In this document: piece by piece, positions 40,472 through 54,021 of the stretch | How the letters are laid out: each line of letters starts with the position of its first letter | How positions within the stretch are numbered: position 1 is the stretch's first letter | DNA from: Mobula hypostoma | Taxonomy: Eukaryota | NCBI RefSeq assembly: GCF_963921235.1 | Contig: NC_086097.1 | Location: forward strand, 142,664,001 to 142,728,000 | DNA length: 64,000 nucleotides | Reading direction: 5' to 3' | Notes under the pieces: model-generated | Database searches by the model: none | Told to the model about the DNA's origin: nothing | The model's input: the letters and a program-made list of their open reading frames with translations, nothing else | Program-made: the position numbers and the translations under genes

Positions 40472-40944
40472 CTGCAAAGACAAAGCCCACCTTTATTACA
40501 ACAGTATTTTATTCCCTCATAACCAAAATCTGCAACCTTCAAATAACTTTTTCCACCTGATGGAGGAGATGGTGTTCTGGAAAAGGTGAGGTCTTTGCTT
40601 GACTATGAATGTCTGTGGTTGAAGACCAAGACTTTAAAGATGATGAAAGCTGAAGGCCAAACCTAACAGTGTGGAGTTGTTTAATTCAATCAGAAGACAC
40701 CAACCAGAGAGATACAAGATCCAGAGTGATGAACAGTGCAGTGAGTGGATCTCATAACAGTTATACAGATGAATGAAAACCTTCTGACCAACGGCAGAAT
40801 GAACTTACAGAGACACCCACTGTAAGTAACTTCAACATGAGCTTAAGTAATACATCAAAGCATTCAGGCAGAGATTCAAAGTGCGTACAACTTTACAATC
40901 ACAGGTAAATGGTCACTTTGGAAATTAAGGCAATATCTTTATTT

Positions 40945-41190
40945 TATTTAGAGTTACAGCGCTGAACAGGCCCTTCTAACCCTTTGAGCTGCACCGCCCT
41001 GCAACCCCTGATTTAGCCCTAGCCTAATCATGGGACCAATTAACCTACTAACCGGTAAGGATTTGGATTGAAGGAGGAAACCGGAGGATCGAGAGAGAAC
41101 TCATGCATTCCACCGGGAGAATGTACACACTCCCCTCAGATGACATCAGAATTGAACTCTGTACTATAAGAGCATTGCGCTAACCTCTAA
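40945..41190 (-). mobile_element. V-SINE (HE1-like)
   Basis: reverse complement of V-domain (ggaggaaaccggag...ggagaatgtacacactcc) plus CR1-like 3' tail. Confidence 0.65.
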
Positions 41191-41757
41191 TAGTCCAGTA
41201 ATCTTACATTAAATTGGTTTATTATTTTAACATGTACTTAGATCTAGTGAAAAACCTTTCCTGTGTACAGTTCAAAGTAAATTTATTATCAAAGTAGGTA
41301 CAGTATACACCACCATATATTAAAATGAGACTCATATTCTTGCAGGAAATTCACAGCAGATACAAAAAAATGCGATAGAATCAATGAAAAACTATACCCA
41401 AAGACAAACAATGTGCAAATGACAAACTGTGCAAATACAAAAAAAATAAAGCAATAACAATAAATAAAACACAATAATAAGAGTTGTAGATTTCTTGAAA
41501 ATGAGTCCCTAGGTTTTGGAATCAGTTCAGGGTTGAGGTGAGTGAAGGTATCCACACTGGTTCAGGAGCCTGATGGACGGAGGGATCACTTCATACAAAT
41601 CAATTCTGGTCGTAAGTTTCCAAGATTTTATATCTTTTGCCTGATGGGAGTGAAAAGTGCAAATGTCCAACGTGGGTAGGGTCTTTTGAGTATGCTAGCT
41701 CACTTACTGAGGCAGCGTGAAGTATAGACAAGATTCCACAGAGCGAAGGTTGGTTTC

Positions 41758-42385
41758 ATAAGACTTTAAGATATAGGAGCAGAAGTAGGCCATTCAACCC
41801 ATTGAGTCTGCTCAGCCATTCAATCATGGGCTGATCCAATTCTTCCAGTCATCCCCACTCCCCTGCCTTCTCCACACACCCTTTGATGCCCTGGCAAATC
41901 AAGAACTTATCTACCTCTGCCTTAAATGCACCCAGTGACTTGGCCTCCATAGCTTCTCATGGCAACAAAGTCTACAGATTTACCACCCTCTGACTAAAGT
42001 AATTTCTTCACATCTCTGTTCTAAATGGACATCCTTCAAACCTGAAGATGTGCCCTCTTGTCCTAGACTCCCCTACCATGGGAAATAACTTTGCCATCTC
42101 TAATCTGTTCAGGCCTTTTAGCGTTCAGAATGTTTCTATGAGATCTCCCCTCATTCTCCTGAACTACAGGGAATACAGCCCAAGAGCTGCCAGACGTTCC
42201 TCATACAGTAACCCTTTCATTCCTTGAATTATTCTTGTGAATCTTCTCTGAACCCTCTCCAATGTCAGTATATCCTTTCTAAAATAAGGAACCCAAAACT
42301 GCAGACAATACTCTAAGTGTGGTCTCACAAGTGCCTTACAGAGCCTCAACATCACATCCTTGCTCTTATATTCTATACCTCTTAT
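41758..42385 (-). mobile_element. CR1 3' fragment
   Basis: RGIEYKSKDVMLRLCKALVRPHLEYC; CR1 3' UTR. Confidence 0.88.
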
Positions 42386-43645
42386 ATATTCATTGAGTGC
42401 AGGCTTCATGTCTGCCTGGAGTGGGATATAGACAGCTGTCATGCTAGCTGAAGTGAACTCCCATGGCATATAGTACAGGCAACACTTCACTGTTGAATAT
42501 TCCATGCTGGGTGAGAGGAACATGCCAGGACTGTTATATCCATCCAAAGACCATGAGTGTTGATGTTCAGGAGAACATGAGAAACTTTCAGTTTGTATTG
42601 CAGTCAGGTGAGGCAGGTGTAAGCCACGCTTCACTGAGATATAGCACACAGAAGAACCTCAGCTCTTGAGATGAAGGATATCGTCCTAAAGCATCGACAA
42701 TTTATTTCCCTTCATAGATGTTACCTGAACCGCTGAGTTCCACCAGCATTTTGTGTGTTGATCAAGATTTCCAGCATCTGTACAATGTCTTGCATTTCAG
42801 TTCTCTTTGGTAGGTCAGCCTCGCTCTATTTCATCAGCTATATTCTGAATGGCCTGGACATTAGCTGGTAGTATGCTGTTTCATCCTCACCTGCAATCCA
42901 GCCCTCTTCCCACACATCCAATGTAAGTGCCTATGTCTGGTCAGCCCTGGAGTAGAACCACTTGGACTGGAAGGCAAGTGATTTCTTCTGGGCAGACCTG
43001 GAATGGATTGAGCTCACCATTGTTATCTGGTGTCTGGTGGTTTTCAGGAGTGCATGCCTTCAGGGGTAAAGTGCATTGAGCCAACAATGTAAATATGTTT
43101 TTTTTTTGGTTTTGGGCTGGAGAAAAAGCAAAAAGGAAACCCATAACAGCACCCAGTCTGTTTATAATTAGACATAGTGACATTAGTGGAACCCTGAACC
43201 ATTTGAAGGAATGATGCACAAGGGGGGACAGGAGAGCAATGGAAAAATGGTGACATGTCCATCCTATAAATCAGTTGGTAATCGCACTGTACTTATGAAT
43301 TAATTCCATATCCGATTGATATGGAGTTAGTTAATTTCTTTGATGCAATAACATACCATAGTTGACTTTAGCAATCTTAGGCTTGTGGATAAAAGTGGTG
43401 GGAAGTAGGATGAGGAAGACAAAAAATCTAATGCCAAAAAAAATGGGTGTAATTGAATGTTGCATAAAGATGAAGTTGGGCTGGTCAATGATGGCCTTAT
43501 GGTCGAAGAGACCACCTCAGAGCCTGAGGCCATTTGCAGCCCACAGAATAATCATGTTTTGAGAAAAGCCAACATCCACAGGCCTCGGGTGGAAAGAAGA
43601 AAGAAATGATAAATCTAGAATGTTTTAAAGTTCAGTTTCACTCAC

Positions 43646-43774
43646 ACTGACAATTCTTTATCTGTCCGGAGGCCCCAACCTTTTCTCTCAGTCAGGATGA
43701 CTTCTACATCAGCATACTGCCGTCTCTGAAACCTCCGGTTTGTACAATACTCTCCGTGCAAGCACCTTGACGAA
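43646..43774 (-). CDS. SETD2: SETD2 exon 5 (AWS / start of SET)
   Basis: [42 protein letters not shown]; ctcag|T ... GT|gtgagt. Confidence 0.95.
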
Positions 43775-44907
43775 CTGAGAGGACACAAGAACAAAAATGT
43801 CTGATATCATTGCAAAATAATTTATCCACAGATAAGCAAATTCAATATGGCCATTCAGTACTGCATTGAGCAGCTTACTTCTCACTCCCCATGTTAGACA
43901 AGTCCTTTGAAACTTCCATTACTTGCGTGTCACCGCCTTAAATTTCTCTAACGTTTTGACATAGACCACTCTGCCATTTTAAAAATGTCATGCTGTTTGC
44001 CAGTAAATCTTCATTGCTCTCTTGGGTTTATTGTTAATTTCAAAAAATAGCATTTTCCTCTCTCTGACACGATAACAATCATAACTTACTTTTAGTGGGC
44101 CCTTCTGCATCTAATGAAACCCCTTGATTTACTGGGACCTCAACTGGAAAGCCAATCTTCTCCAAAATTGTAGGTCAGAATTTTGCAAAGGTTCAATTTT
44201 TGAAAAAAAAAACTAATCAATTAATCCAAAAAGGACTGGGGGAACTCACATATTCAGTTTTTCACCATAGCTTTGTTATCTCCTTTACACTGGCATTTAG
44301 CTGTTATACAAACTGTGCGTAACTCAGCTTTATGAAAGCTAGGTACATTCAAGACTCCTGCTCTGCTATCTTGGGTGGCTTCTCCAGTACTTCATTTGCA
44401 AGAAAGATGGGCAAGAACAGACAATACTTTTCTCATTAAAGCCTTCACAGAATCCTTCTTAGCTTATATTTAAAATATAGAGTCTGTTATTATTAACTTT
44501 CTTCTTGCTTTTAAGTTTTCAATCTCAACATTCACATCTGATCATGGTTCATTTTTCAAAACTTTAAAATTGTGTGGCTCATTACATTCTTTTTCTAATT
44601 CTTTAAAAGCTTTCCAGACCCAACAACCTGAATATCCTAATCACTAAGAATACTGAACACACTTCTGAATGTGATACATGTCCAACACAAAGGGACCTGA
44701 ATCATTATTAGGATTTTCAGGTGAACACAGAAACATGTAGAAAGATGGATGCTTTGGAGCATTTGATTATTCCCTGCATCTGGAGACAGAAGCCAAAACT
44801 TTTTTTCACAATGACTGTCTAAGCAAAGGTCTCAGAATCTGTATAGACCTGGGCAAAAGAGTCAATTCTGGGCCAAGGTAGTTTCTAATCACGAGAAAAA
44901 CATTTAC

Positions 44908-45036
44908 CATTCTATCATGAGTAACCGATTGAGGCAATCTTCACCACATGCCAGCTCTCCTCTTTCTCGATCCTCCCTTGACAGCACGCATTCACATTGC
45001 ATACGCTTAATATCTCGGTGAGACTTGCTTTTCTTC
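44908..45036 (-). CDS. SETD2: SETD2 exon 4 (AWS domain)
   Basis: KKSKSHRDIKRMQCECVLSREDRERGELACGEDCLNRLLMIE; cacag|G ... TG|gtaaat. Confidence 0.95.
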
Positions 45037-47375
45037 CTGTGAAAGAAATTAGCTCACTTAAAGATTGGGAAAGGCAATTAACAAACCTGGCTAGGCTACA
45101 CAAATACCTCTTAACTTTGACAATACTACCCAAAGATAAAGGAAGTAATGAAAATCACTGTGAGCAAGAACTCTCCAAACTCAGTTCACATTGCTCTAGA
45201 CTCTCCTTTGATTTTAAGGACCATAATTACACTAGATCCTCAATCTCCTAATTCAAAGGATAAGTCAACGTTCCTTTCGGACTTCTCGGTAGAAGTCTGA
45301 AGATAACAAAACAACAATAGCACCAAGTATGATGTAAATTTACCTTTTCATGGCCTTAAGCATCAATGAATAGTCTCAGGTTCTTTCAAAGACGTTATAG
45401 TGCCAACAGTCGTGAAAAATGGCTGGCCTTGATGGAACATAGGGCAAGCCAAATATTGCAAAAACAGAAATTATTGTAAATATATTAGGATTAGCATCCA
45501 TGATCAGAAAATATGTTATCGATTCTCATCTTCACGTCCTCAGTTAATTGTTCCAAATTATTTCCAGCATAATCTATTTTTAATCCAAGGTTACAGGTCC
45601 CTTCTTTATTAGCAAACAGTTGCTCAATCTCCCTAAGTCTCGCCATTGGTAAAAACATATTCAATGTGCTCCATCCATTAATTCTACTTCTTTCCACAAT
45701 ATCTTCCAGTTTTTTGCTTTATTTCCACTGATCATTCCTGTATTTAACTTTTTCTCATCCCTCTTTCACATTACTAAAACTTCCTGAGCTATACACATAA
45801 GATGCTCTGGATTCCAGCATCTGCAGAACATCTGGTGTTAGTAAACATTCTGCTTAGTTTGCATAGATCGTGTTGAGAATTCTTTCTATTAGCCACTCTC
45901 AACAAGACTCTAAAACTCCTTTCTTGTAATCTGTTTCTCCTCTAGCATCTCTCTCTCTTCTTCCCCCAATTCACCACACATCAGCCAGTCTCTCATTTTC
46001 ACACATCTCCTTATTGATGTACGTACTTGCTCTGTATGCCCTTGTCTGTATCTTTCTTATTCAAGCTCCACTCTTGCATGTATGGTCTTTTCTTAATTAG
46101 CTCATTGGAAACTCTTCAAGGCAATAAAAATCAGATCCTGGGGACAAAATTTAATAGCTCTGGCAATTTTTTTTAAAAACACTATTGTAACTTAGGACCT
46201 TACTTAGAAAACCTAAAATACAAGATTGAAGCTGTTGAAAGGCTGATGTACTGCCAAAACTTTTGACTCTTAAAGGCCATGGTGAAATCAAGCCAAGCCA
46301 AATCATAATTTCATCCTCTCCAAAATGACTGAGTTAGGAAACCCAAGGACAAGAAACTTAAGTTAAGCTGAAATAAGGAAAGTGAACTGCTGTTCTAAAC
46401 TACACAATGGAAAACTAACACAAGATATACTTGTTGTCAGCCTGGCTGAATGGTAGCATTCAACACTCTTTCTCATGGCTGCAGGTTTATTCTCCAGTCC
46501 AAAGAATTAAGCATACCCAGTCTAGGCTAACAGTATCATATGGTGTAGAGGAGTGCAGAATTTCTCTTAATTTCCTCAAATTCCTTCATCATTTAAACTA
46601 GCTTAAACTTCTAAACTCAAGAAAATACAAGTCTGCAATCTGTCCCCTTTTTATTTCCTGGTACCATTTTGGTAAATCTCTGCTGTACTGCTTCCTGAAG
46701 ACTGGTGTCCTGACTACATTGAAAACAACAAAATCTGCAGGTTGTGTAGACTAAAACCAGGAAAAAAGATCAAAATGATCAAGTTTTTGTTTCTTTTTGA
46801 GAAGTGCAATTTTATCACTATATTGGTGATGAAATTTATACAGTTTTATTTTTCATCAGCTGATGTGGTACCAGGCTCACCCAATCTGATTTAAATATGA
46901 CTCCAAACCCTCCAATGCTATTGACTCTTAACAGCCATTTCTGTAAAGAAGCCATTAGGAATGGACAAAACAAAATGCGGGTATTGCCCGTGACATCCAC
47001 ACTGCATCAATGAATAAAAAAATTCTCAAGTCTCTAATTCTTTTGCCAATAATCCTAAATCTATTTCTTCTAATTAGCACATTTCCTTTCAAACTCCTTT
47101 TATGATTACAACTGGTTTTATTACATCTTTTGTTAAAGCTCCTCTGCTTTCAAGTAAACAATTCCAGTTTTTCTAGTTCTTCCTTAAAAATGAAATCTCT
47201 CAGGCCTGGCGTTATTCTGGCAGATCTCCCTTGGATTTTCTTTCCTTCTAAAAATTGGTTCAAAGTCTAGCATTAAACACAATCCTTAAGTGACTTAGGG
47301 TTTGGCAAAACCTCCATTTAAACCTTGGGTTAAAGTTTAGTTAAATAATAAATAACATTAATGCTCAAAAATTAC

Positions 47376-50300
47376 CTTTCTGTCAGGTACAAGTTTTCTT
47401 CAATTAACTCAAAGTAAGGTGGCATCATTCCTAATTTTGATTGCTCCTTCCACCACTGAGAGTTTTTGAATTCCTCCATTTTACACACAACACTGACCCA
47501 TTCTTTGGATGGCACTGTGACCAATGGATCAGGCTCAATACGGACTTGCTCACAATACCGTGTGTCGGCATCACTTTCCAAATCAGTGTCCACCTCCTCC
47601 ACCTGTGGCTTCTGGGAGTATCCTTGTTCATCGTCCAACTTCTTTTCTAATTCTCTGACCCTTGACTCTTTATCTGCTGTAGAGTCGCTGGCCTTGAGTA
47701 CCAGAGTGGTCCCCTTAGTAGAGTTACTGGTTATTTCGTGAGCCTGCAGAGAGCTCACACCTTTGGGAACAGATCGTGGGTCACGGTTGACTGTTTCCCA
47801 GTTGTCATAGCTTGCAAAGTCATCGGTCATTGAATCGGGTTGTACCTGTCCTTGAACATCCGAGCCAGAAATATCTTGACACAACTGATAGTTATTGCAC
47901 ATGACTGATTTAGCATTTAGTTTGGGATCCCAACTGGCTCTTTTATCTTGCCAGTGATCACCCGTTTTGCCTAACTCTGCTTCCTCTGTTTGATAGCAAT
48001 ACTTCCTGTATAATCCATAGCTGCTATCTGGTTGCTGACAACTGCTACTAGGTTTTTCTGGCTGAGAGAAATCCCAGTCAAGGCTTTCCAAATATTCTGG
48101 GCTATGAAAAGATCCTTGATCTTGGGTCAGCTGCTGAGGCCAAGAGACAGCCTGTCTACTATCTGGCTTTTCTCCAAAGCTTTTATCTTCCCCATGAAGT
48201 GTCTGAGCACTGTTTTGTTGGGCTGTTAGACTGTCCAAGTGACTACTAGGTGAGTGCTGGTACCTTTCTGCTATTCCTTCTGAACCTGGTGATTCCACTG
48301 AGCCAGATTTTTCATTTGACAGAGGGAGCTGATTTTGGTCAATTGAAAACCTCTCAGGCTGACTGGTGCTATCCGCCTTGTCGGTCAACAACTGCTGCTT
48401 GTAGCTCTTGTGACTCTCACTAACAGGCGAAAGCTGACTTGAAGAAGCTTGTGGTTGGTCCTCTAATACTTCTTGGAATAAAGAGTGGGTACCCTGAACT
48501 GTGTCAGTGCCCTCAACAGGGTCACCAACCATCTCCCGGGGGATATTTCCAAGCTCCACACCATTTGGCTGATGCACCGCACTGGGTTTCTCATCTGTTT
48601 CTCGCTTGCTGCCTTCAACAGCTGAATGCTTCTTTTCTTGCTGACTTATTCTAGAAGATGATATGGAAGATGAAGGAGATGACATTGGACTCTTCTCCTC
48701 CAAAGTCAGGGTAGAATTCTTTGGCACTATCACTACAGACTGCAAACGGTTCTTTGGGACACTACCATCATCAGAATCTGAGCTGGTTTCACTTTCTTCA
48801 CTCTCTTGTTCACTGCTGCTCTTAGCATCCTCAGAACAATCTCCATTTTCAGAGCTCACGCTGTTGTATTCGACCTTCATACAGCTACTGTCACAGTCAG
48901 ACTTAGTTCTATAAGTCAGTGAATTGTGTGCCACTTCATTTGTGCTTGTCAGGTTGGCAGAGCTCAAATGCAGTGGACCTTCCGTGACGACCTCCATTGT
49001 TAACTCTTCATCAGTTCCTTCATCTTCGGAAATTTCCATTCTCTGCTCTGGCTCCACTTTAACAGAACTATCGGGTCTGGCAATGAAAGAGGTTTCTTCA
49101 TTATTTGAAGATGGTGTTTCAGTCTTCACTGCTCCAGACTCCTTAGCTTCTGAATCAATGTGACTTGGCAAATCCACGTACAATCTAACTTTATCAACTG
49201 AATCCCAACTTTGGTTGCTAGGTGTTGCATTCTGTTTAATGCTGTAACTGCTAAAGCTATTTGCATTGTGAAACAGTTTATTATTCTTCAGTTCAGACCT
49301 ATTTCCTTCATTGGCATGTTGTTCCTTCTGACTATCTACAGCCCTATTTTCTGTTGACTCTTTGCCTGTGAGCTTTACATCTCTCATGCAACTTTCAGGG
49401 TCTGCTGAAATGGTCACTGTTTCATCCAAATTTGAGCGAGACACAGCTGTGAACTCATCCATTTTGGGATAGGCCAAAATGTGTTCTCTCTTGGTGTAGT
49501 GTGAAGTGTTGTATTCCTCCACTTTTTGGTAGGCCAAGTACTTGACCTCATCTGGGCTGGGATAAGGTGAAGCTTGCATGGTATTCACTATGAAATGAGG
49601 TGGGGACTGCAAGTCAATTGGTAAGTCATGAGATGAAACCATCAAATTAGCCTCACACTGAGATGAAGCTCTATGTTCTTCATCCGATTCTGAACAAGAT
49701 GAAACTTTTGCCAAAAGTCCATCTAACTTGGAACTATGTGATGAGCCAGCTATTTCAGAGGGCCTGGAGAGACAACATGTCCTTGATAAATCTGATGTGG
49801 GATACGGTGAGGTGCTTACACAACTGTCTGATTGGTGATCAAGGGAGGAATAAATATCATCTGATCTAAAAACATTTTGTTTTGTCCCTGAATTGTGTAG
49901 TTCAGGAACCTCTCTCATTTCATCTTCTGACTCAGAGGATGAAATCCTTCTCAATTCTCTATCAGGTGAAAAAACTGGCAAACTCCTTATCTTTTGGAAC
50001 CTGGAACTCGAAACATTTATTCTTGACTTGCGGTCTACTCTACTATTTTCCCAAAGGTCTACTTCTGTTTCTGGTTCAGAAGATTCCACTTTACTTAAGC
50101 AAGCATATGAGTTAGAGTGAGATGGGGCTACTATTGAGTGCTTATCTGACCCACTGTTAGTCTGCGAATCTAGTTCTACTCCTGCAGGATCCATTTTAAC
50201 TACTTCTACACCACAAAAGGTTTTCGCTTTAGTACGAGATCGTGTCACTATTACATTCTTGTCTGATGTACTATTAGTCCATGAATCCAATTCTGGTTCA

Positions 50301-52066
50301 GAGGAGTCCATTCTAACAGCCTTTGTTTGATGACAATTAGTTGATTTGGAGTTCTGTGGAGATATCTGTGAATTAATATCTGGTTTGAGATTTCTCCTAG
50401 AATCAGGTTCTAACTCTGAAGAATCACCCTGAGCTCCTTCTATTTCACAATAAACAAGTGTCTTAGAATGAGATGGAATTGTCTTTGAGTTACTGTCCAG
50501 CTTAGAGCATTTTCTCAAGTCAATTTCTGGTCCTGGGGAGTTCTTCTTTAATAAAACTTCATGGCAAGAGATTACAGATTTGGAATGAGATGAAACCATC
50601 CTCAAATGACTATCAGATTTGGAGATTTTCCCGTAGTCTAATTCCAGATCAGATACATTAATTCTGGCTGCCTCAGGTTTATGACAGGAAGTTGATGACT
50701 TTGAATGACATATTTTTGAATGACAGTCAGATTTGGACAATTTTCTAGAATCTAGTCCTACTTCGGAGGAATTAGCTTTAGAACTTTCTGATTCAAAACA
50801 AGATGCTGGTATCCTGGATATTTTATCTGTTTTAGAATGAGATTTAGTCCTTTTAATTTCTCTTTCTGATTCAGAGCAGGAGGAAGTTGCTCTCAGATCT
50901 CTATCTGACCGTGACTGGTATTTTCTTGAATCTCTATAGGATTTAGAATGTAATGAAGTCCTTCTTACGTCATTTGACCTAGGATGATATCTTCTAGAAT
51001 CTTCTTCAGAATCAGAACAAGAGGAAGCATCTCTTAAATCAGCACACAATTTGCTACGGGAAGATTTGCTCCTTTCTGAGTAAGGAGAACCTCTACGATA
51101 TCTGTCTTTATCAGAATAATAAGAGCTCCTTGACCAGTCTGACTTTGAGTATGAAGAAGGTGCCCTTGAATCTCTATCAGAGCGAGATCGAGATGAACTG
51201 AGTCTTTCTTCCCTTCCATACTTTGAGTGAGATGAAGTCTTCCTTGCATCGCGATCAGATTTTGAACGGCCACTGCCCCTTCTATCTCGTTCAGATTTGG
51301 AATGGGAAGAAACCTTTTCCACCTCATCAGTTCTGGAAGCTGTTGGATATTTCTTAACTTCCCGACTGGATTCAGCATTCTTGGTGTCATGCGACTTCAA
51401 ACTAGGAGATTTCCTTACTAAGTCAATCTCAGACTCAGAGTCAGCAGATAGTGCTTGCACAAAATCTTCTGTCCGAGCAAGTTTCCTAAGCTCATCATTT
51501 TCAGAAGACAAAGAGACATTCTTGAATTCTTCTATGTTATCATCTTTCCCAACATGGGATGTACCAAGATTCAGATTTGTTGGTTTAGTTTCAACAGTCA
51601 CCTTTATCACAGTTTCAGTTCCTCCTGCAGAAAGTTTCTTGACGGCAGCGTCCACAGGTTCCTCCACTGATGAACTACACTGTTCCCTGTCTGACAAACT
51701 TAGAGGTTTGGCTGCATCATTCAGTTGCTTCTTCTTGAAATGCACTTTGCTCCACTCGACCTTTGATTTCGGTGGTGACGACTTTGCTGCCTCCGGAGCA
51801 TCAGCTGTTTCCGAATCACTTTTATTCTCCTGGTTCCCTTTCACAGAAATCAGCGGCAATGCTGTTGGCAGAGTTTTGACCTCGTCTAGCTCAGACCCAA
51901 TGGCACTTTGGAACCTATTCCGTAAGGTCTTTGTTACATTGAAGGTAAAAGACACCTTCTGACGTCCTTGGTCCTCAAGATTGACCTTTGCCTTGGTGCC
52001 CTTTGGTAGAAAGCGACTGCAGCCTTTCGATGCTTGACCCTTGGGAAAATTCAACACTGCTTTGAC
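47376..52066 (-). CDS. SETD2: SETD2 exon 3 (4691 nt; N-terminal disordered region to ...EENLYLTER)
   Basis: 1566-aa ORF 47372..52072; acceptor ccgttgcag|GTC (phase 0), donor GAAAG|gtaat; contains SRFLPKGTK, SDSDDGSVPKNRLQSVVIVPKNSTL, PPYFELIEENLYLTER. Confidence 0.95.
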
Positions 52067-53836
52067 CTGCAACGGTATTGGGGATACTTCAGGTACAGTT
52101 CTGCAACATCACATACATTTCATTACAAATAAAATCTCAAAGAAATGGCAACTGCAGCAACAATTCCTTAAATCAGAAACAATCTAGAAATTGAAGTTAG
52201 GTCACAAAAGTCCTCAAGTATGTTCTGCCATAACCTTCATGAACTTCATGAATCTTAAAATCTTTGATTTTTAAAAGTTTATCAATATAAAACTTGAAAA
52301 TAACAACTCATCAAAGAAATGTCACCTGTGGAAGAATGGTTCAAATTTATATCCACATCTGCTTGACGAAGCATTACCTCAATTCATCCCCGAAACATTT
52401 GGATCTAATCTATCGGCTATTGCACTCATCATAAACTCCAGTCCTCTCTGACTACACTACCAGTTTTCTGTAAATGCCCTGAAAACTTTGGAATATTTGT
52501 GTATCACTCCCTCATAATTTAACTCCTGGGAGTTCAGGTTTCATTCGGTTTCACCTGAATGAACTTACAACAAGAATACACAGGTCTGAATATGACTATG
52601 GGCGGAAATAAGGAGAGAAAGGAGGTACTACACTGGTGATCTTCTTCAAAAAAATGGCTGAACAAATAAGTACTAGCAGCAGATACCAGAGTATCAAAAC
52701 CTATCCTATCCATACTAAAGAATATCTATTATTTAAAAAACAGCAGAAAACACTCAGTTGATAAATAAGATTATAACCAATGTGCCAGTGCAGAAGATAT
52801 GCTGCGGCATGTGGAATCCACAGATCAATGACAATAGCTATATCTTGGTTTCTGTGGCTTGAGGAAATTTTGCTCAGTTTCACGAGGTAAGTTTTAAAAA
52901 GTCAAGGGAAAAAGGGAATAAAAAAAGGTGTGGTGGCAATACAAATATTGATATGCGTGTGACAGTAAAGGGACATGGAGGAAAAAAATAAGAGTGCAAC
53001 AATAAATTCAAAATGGGAGCATTCGAGAATACATGACACTTTAAATGGTGCCAGGATAGCAATGCTAATGGTTGATGAGGTAATAGTGAGAAACGACCTC
53101 GGTTTCAAAGATCAAGGCACAAAATTGGTTTGGATGGAGTTAAAAATAACAGCAAGAGAAACAAGTTATTAGTGGGAATGGTCTAAAGGCCCTCAAACAG
53201 GATAAAATGTTAATCAAATAATAATGGGAGGGAATAAAAAGGCTTTTTTAAAAAATCGGAGTCCTAGAACACAACAGCATGAAAACAGTCCTTCCTGCCC
53301 ATCAAATCTTTGCCAAACCATTAATCTGCCAAGTCCCATTGACCTGCACCCGGACCATTACCCTCCATAACCCTCGTATCCATGTACCTTACCCCACACA
53401 AAACCATTTTGACTATCTCTAATCAGGTCCTTTCTATTCAAATACTTCTATATCTGGTCCCTTCGAATACCTTCCAATAACTTTCCCACTACTGATGTCA
53501 GTTTCATTGGCTGAGAATTTCATGCCTTATTCTTAGAGCTTTTCTTAAACAAGGGAACAACATTAGCTATCCTCCAATCCCCGGCACTTCACCCGTGGCT
53601 AAGGTTGTTATAAGCATCTCTGCTAGGGCTCCTGCAATTTCTACACTAACTACCCCCCCCCCCCCGCCCACAGGGTTTGAGGGAACACCTTGTCAGGCCC
53701 TGGGAACTTATCCACTCTAATTTGCCTCAAGACAGGAAACCCATCCTTCTCTGTAATCTGTACAGGGTCCATAACCTTGCTGCTGGAATGCCTCACATTT
53801 ATAGACTCCGTGTCCATTTATTTATGCGGGGTATAT

Positions 53837-54021
53837 GGGGTGTCAGGGAGGGGTAGCACCTCTGTTGGGGGAACATGTCGCGTCCTTTTCAGGGCGGTTA
53901 GTCCACCTTTGGTCCCCACCTGGCACTCAGCTCTCACCTGTGGCTCCCCGTAGCTGTTTGCATGCGACAGCGGCCACACCCCGGGCAACGGCTTCGACAA
54001 CCCGGCTAAACCAGGTGAGGG
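53837..54021 (+). ncRNA. predicted HDV-like self-cleaving ribozyme
   Basis: P1 GGGGUGU(53837-43)/ACACCCC(53976-82); P2 CUCUCACCUG(53931-40)/CAGGUGAGGG(54012-21); P3 GGC/GCC; L3 starts UCCCC; GGGCAAC after P1; P4 hairpin; GGCUAA with putative catalytic C54006. Confidence 0.75.

Noticed and set aside
42660..42790. Another hammerhead-like pseudo-LTR copy (similar traces near 9240, 11150, 12500)
   Set aside because: Core is mutated (gagatga...taaag); not called as a ribozyme.
47431..51962. Multiple antisense and alternative-frame ORFs over exon 3
   Set aside because: Shadows of the SETD2 coding exon.
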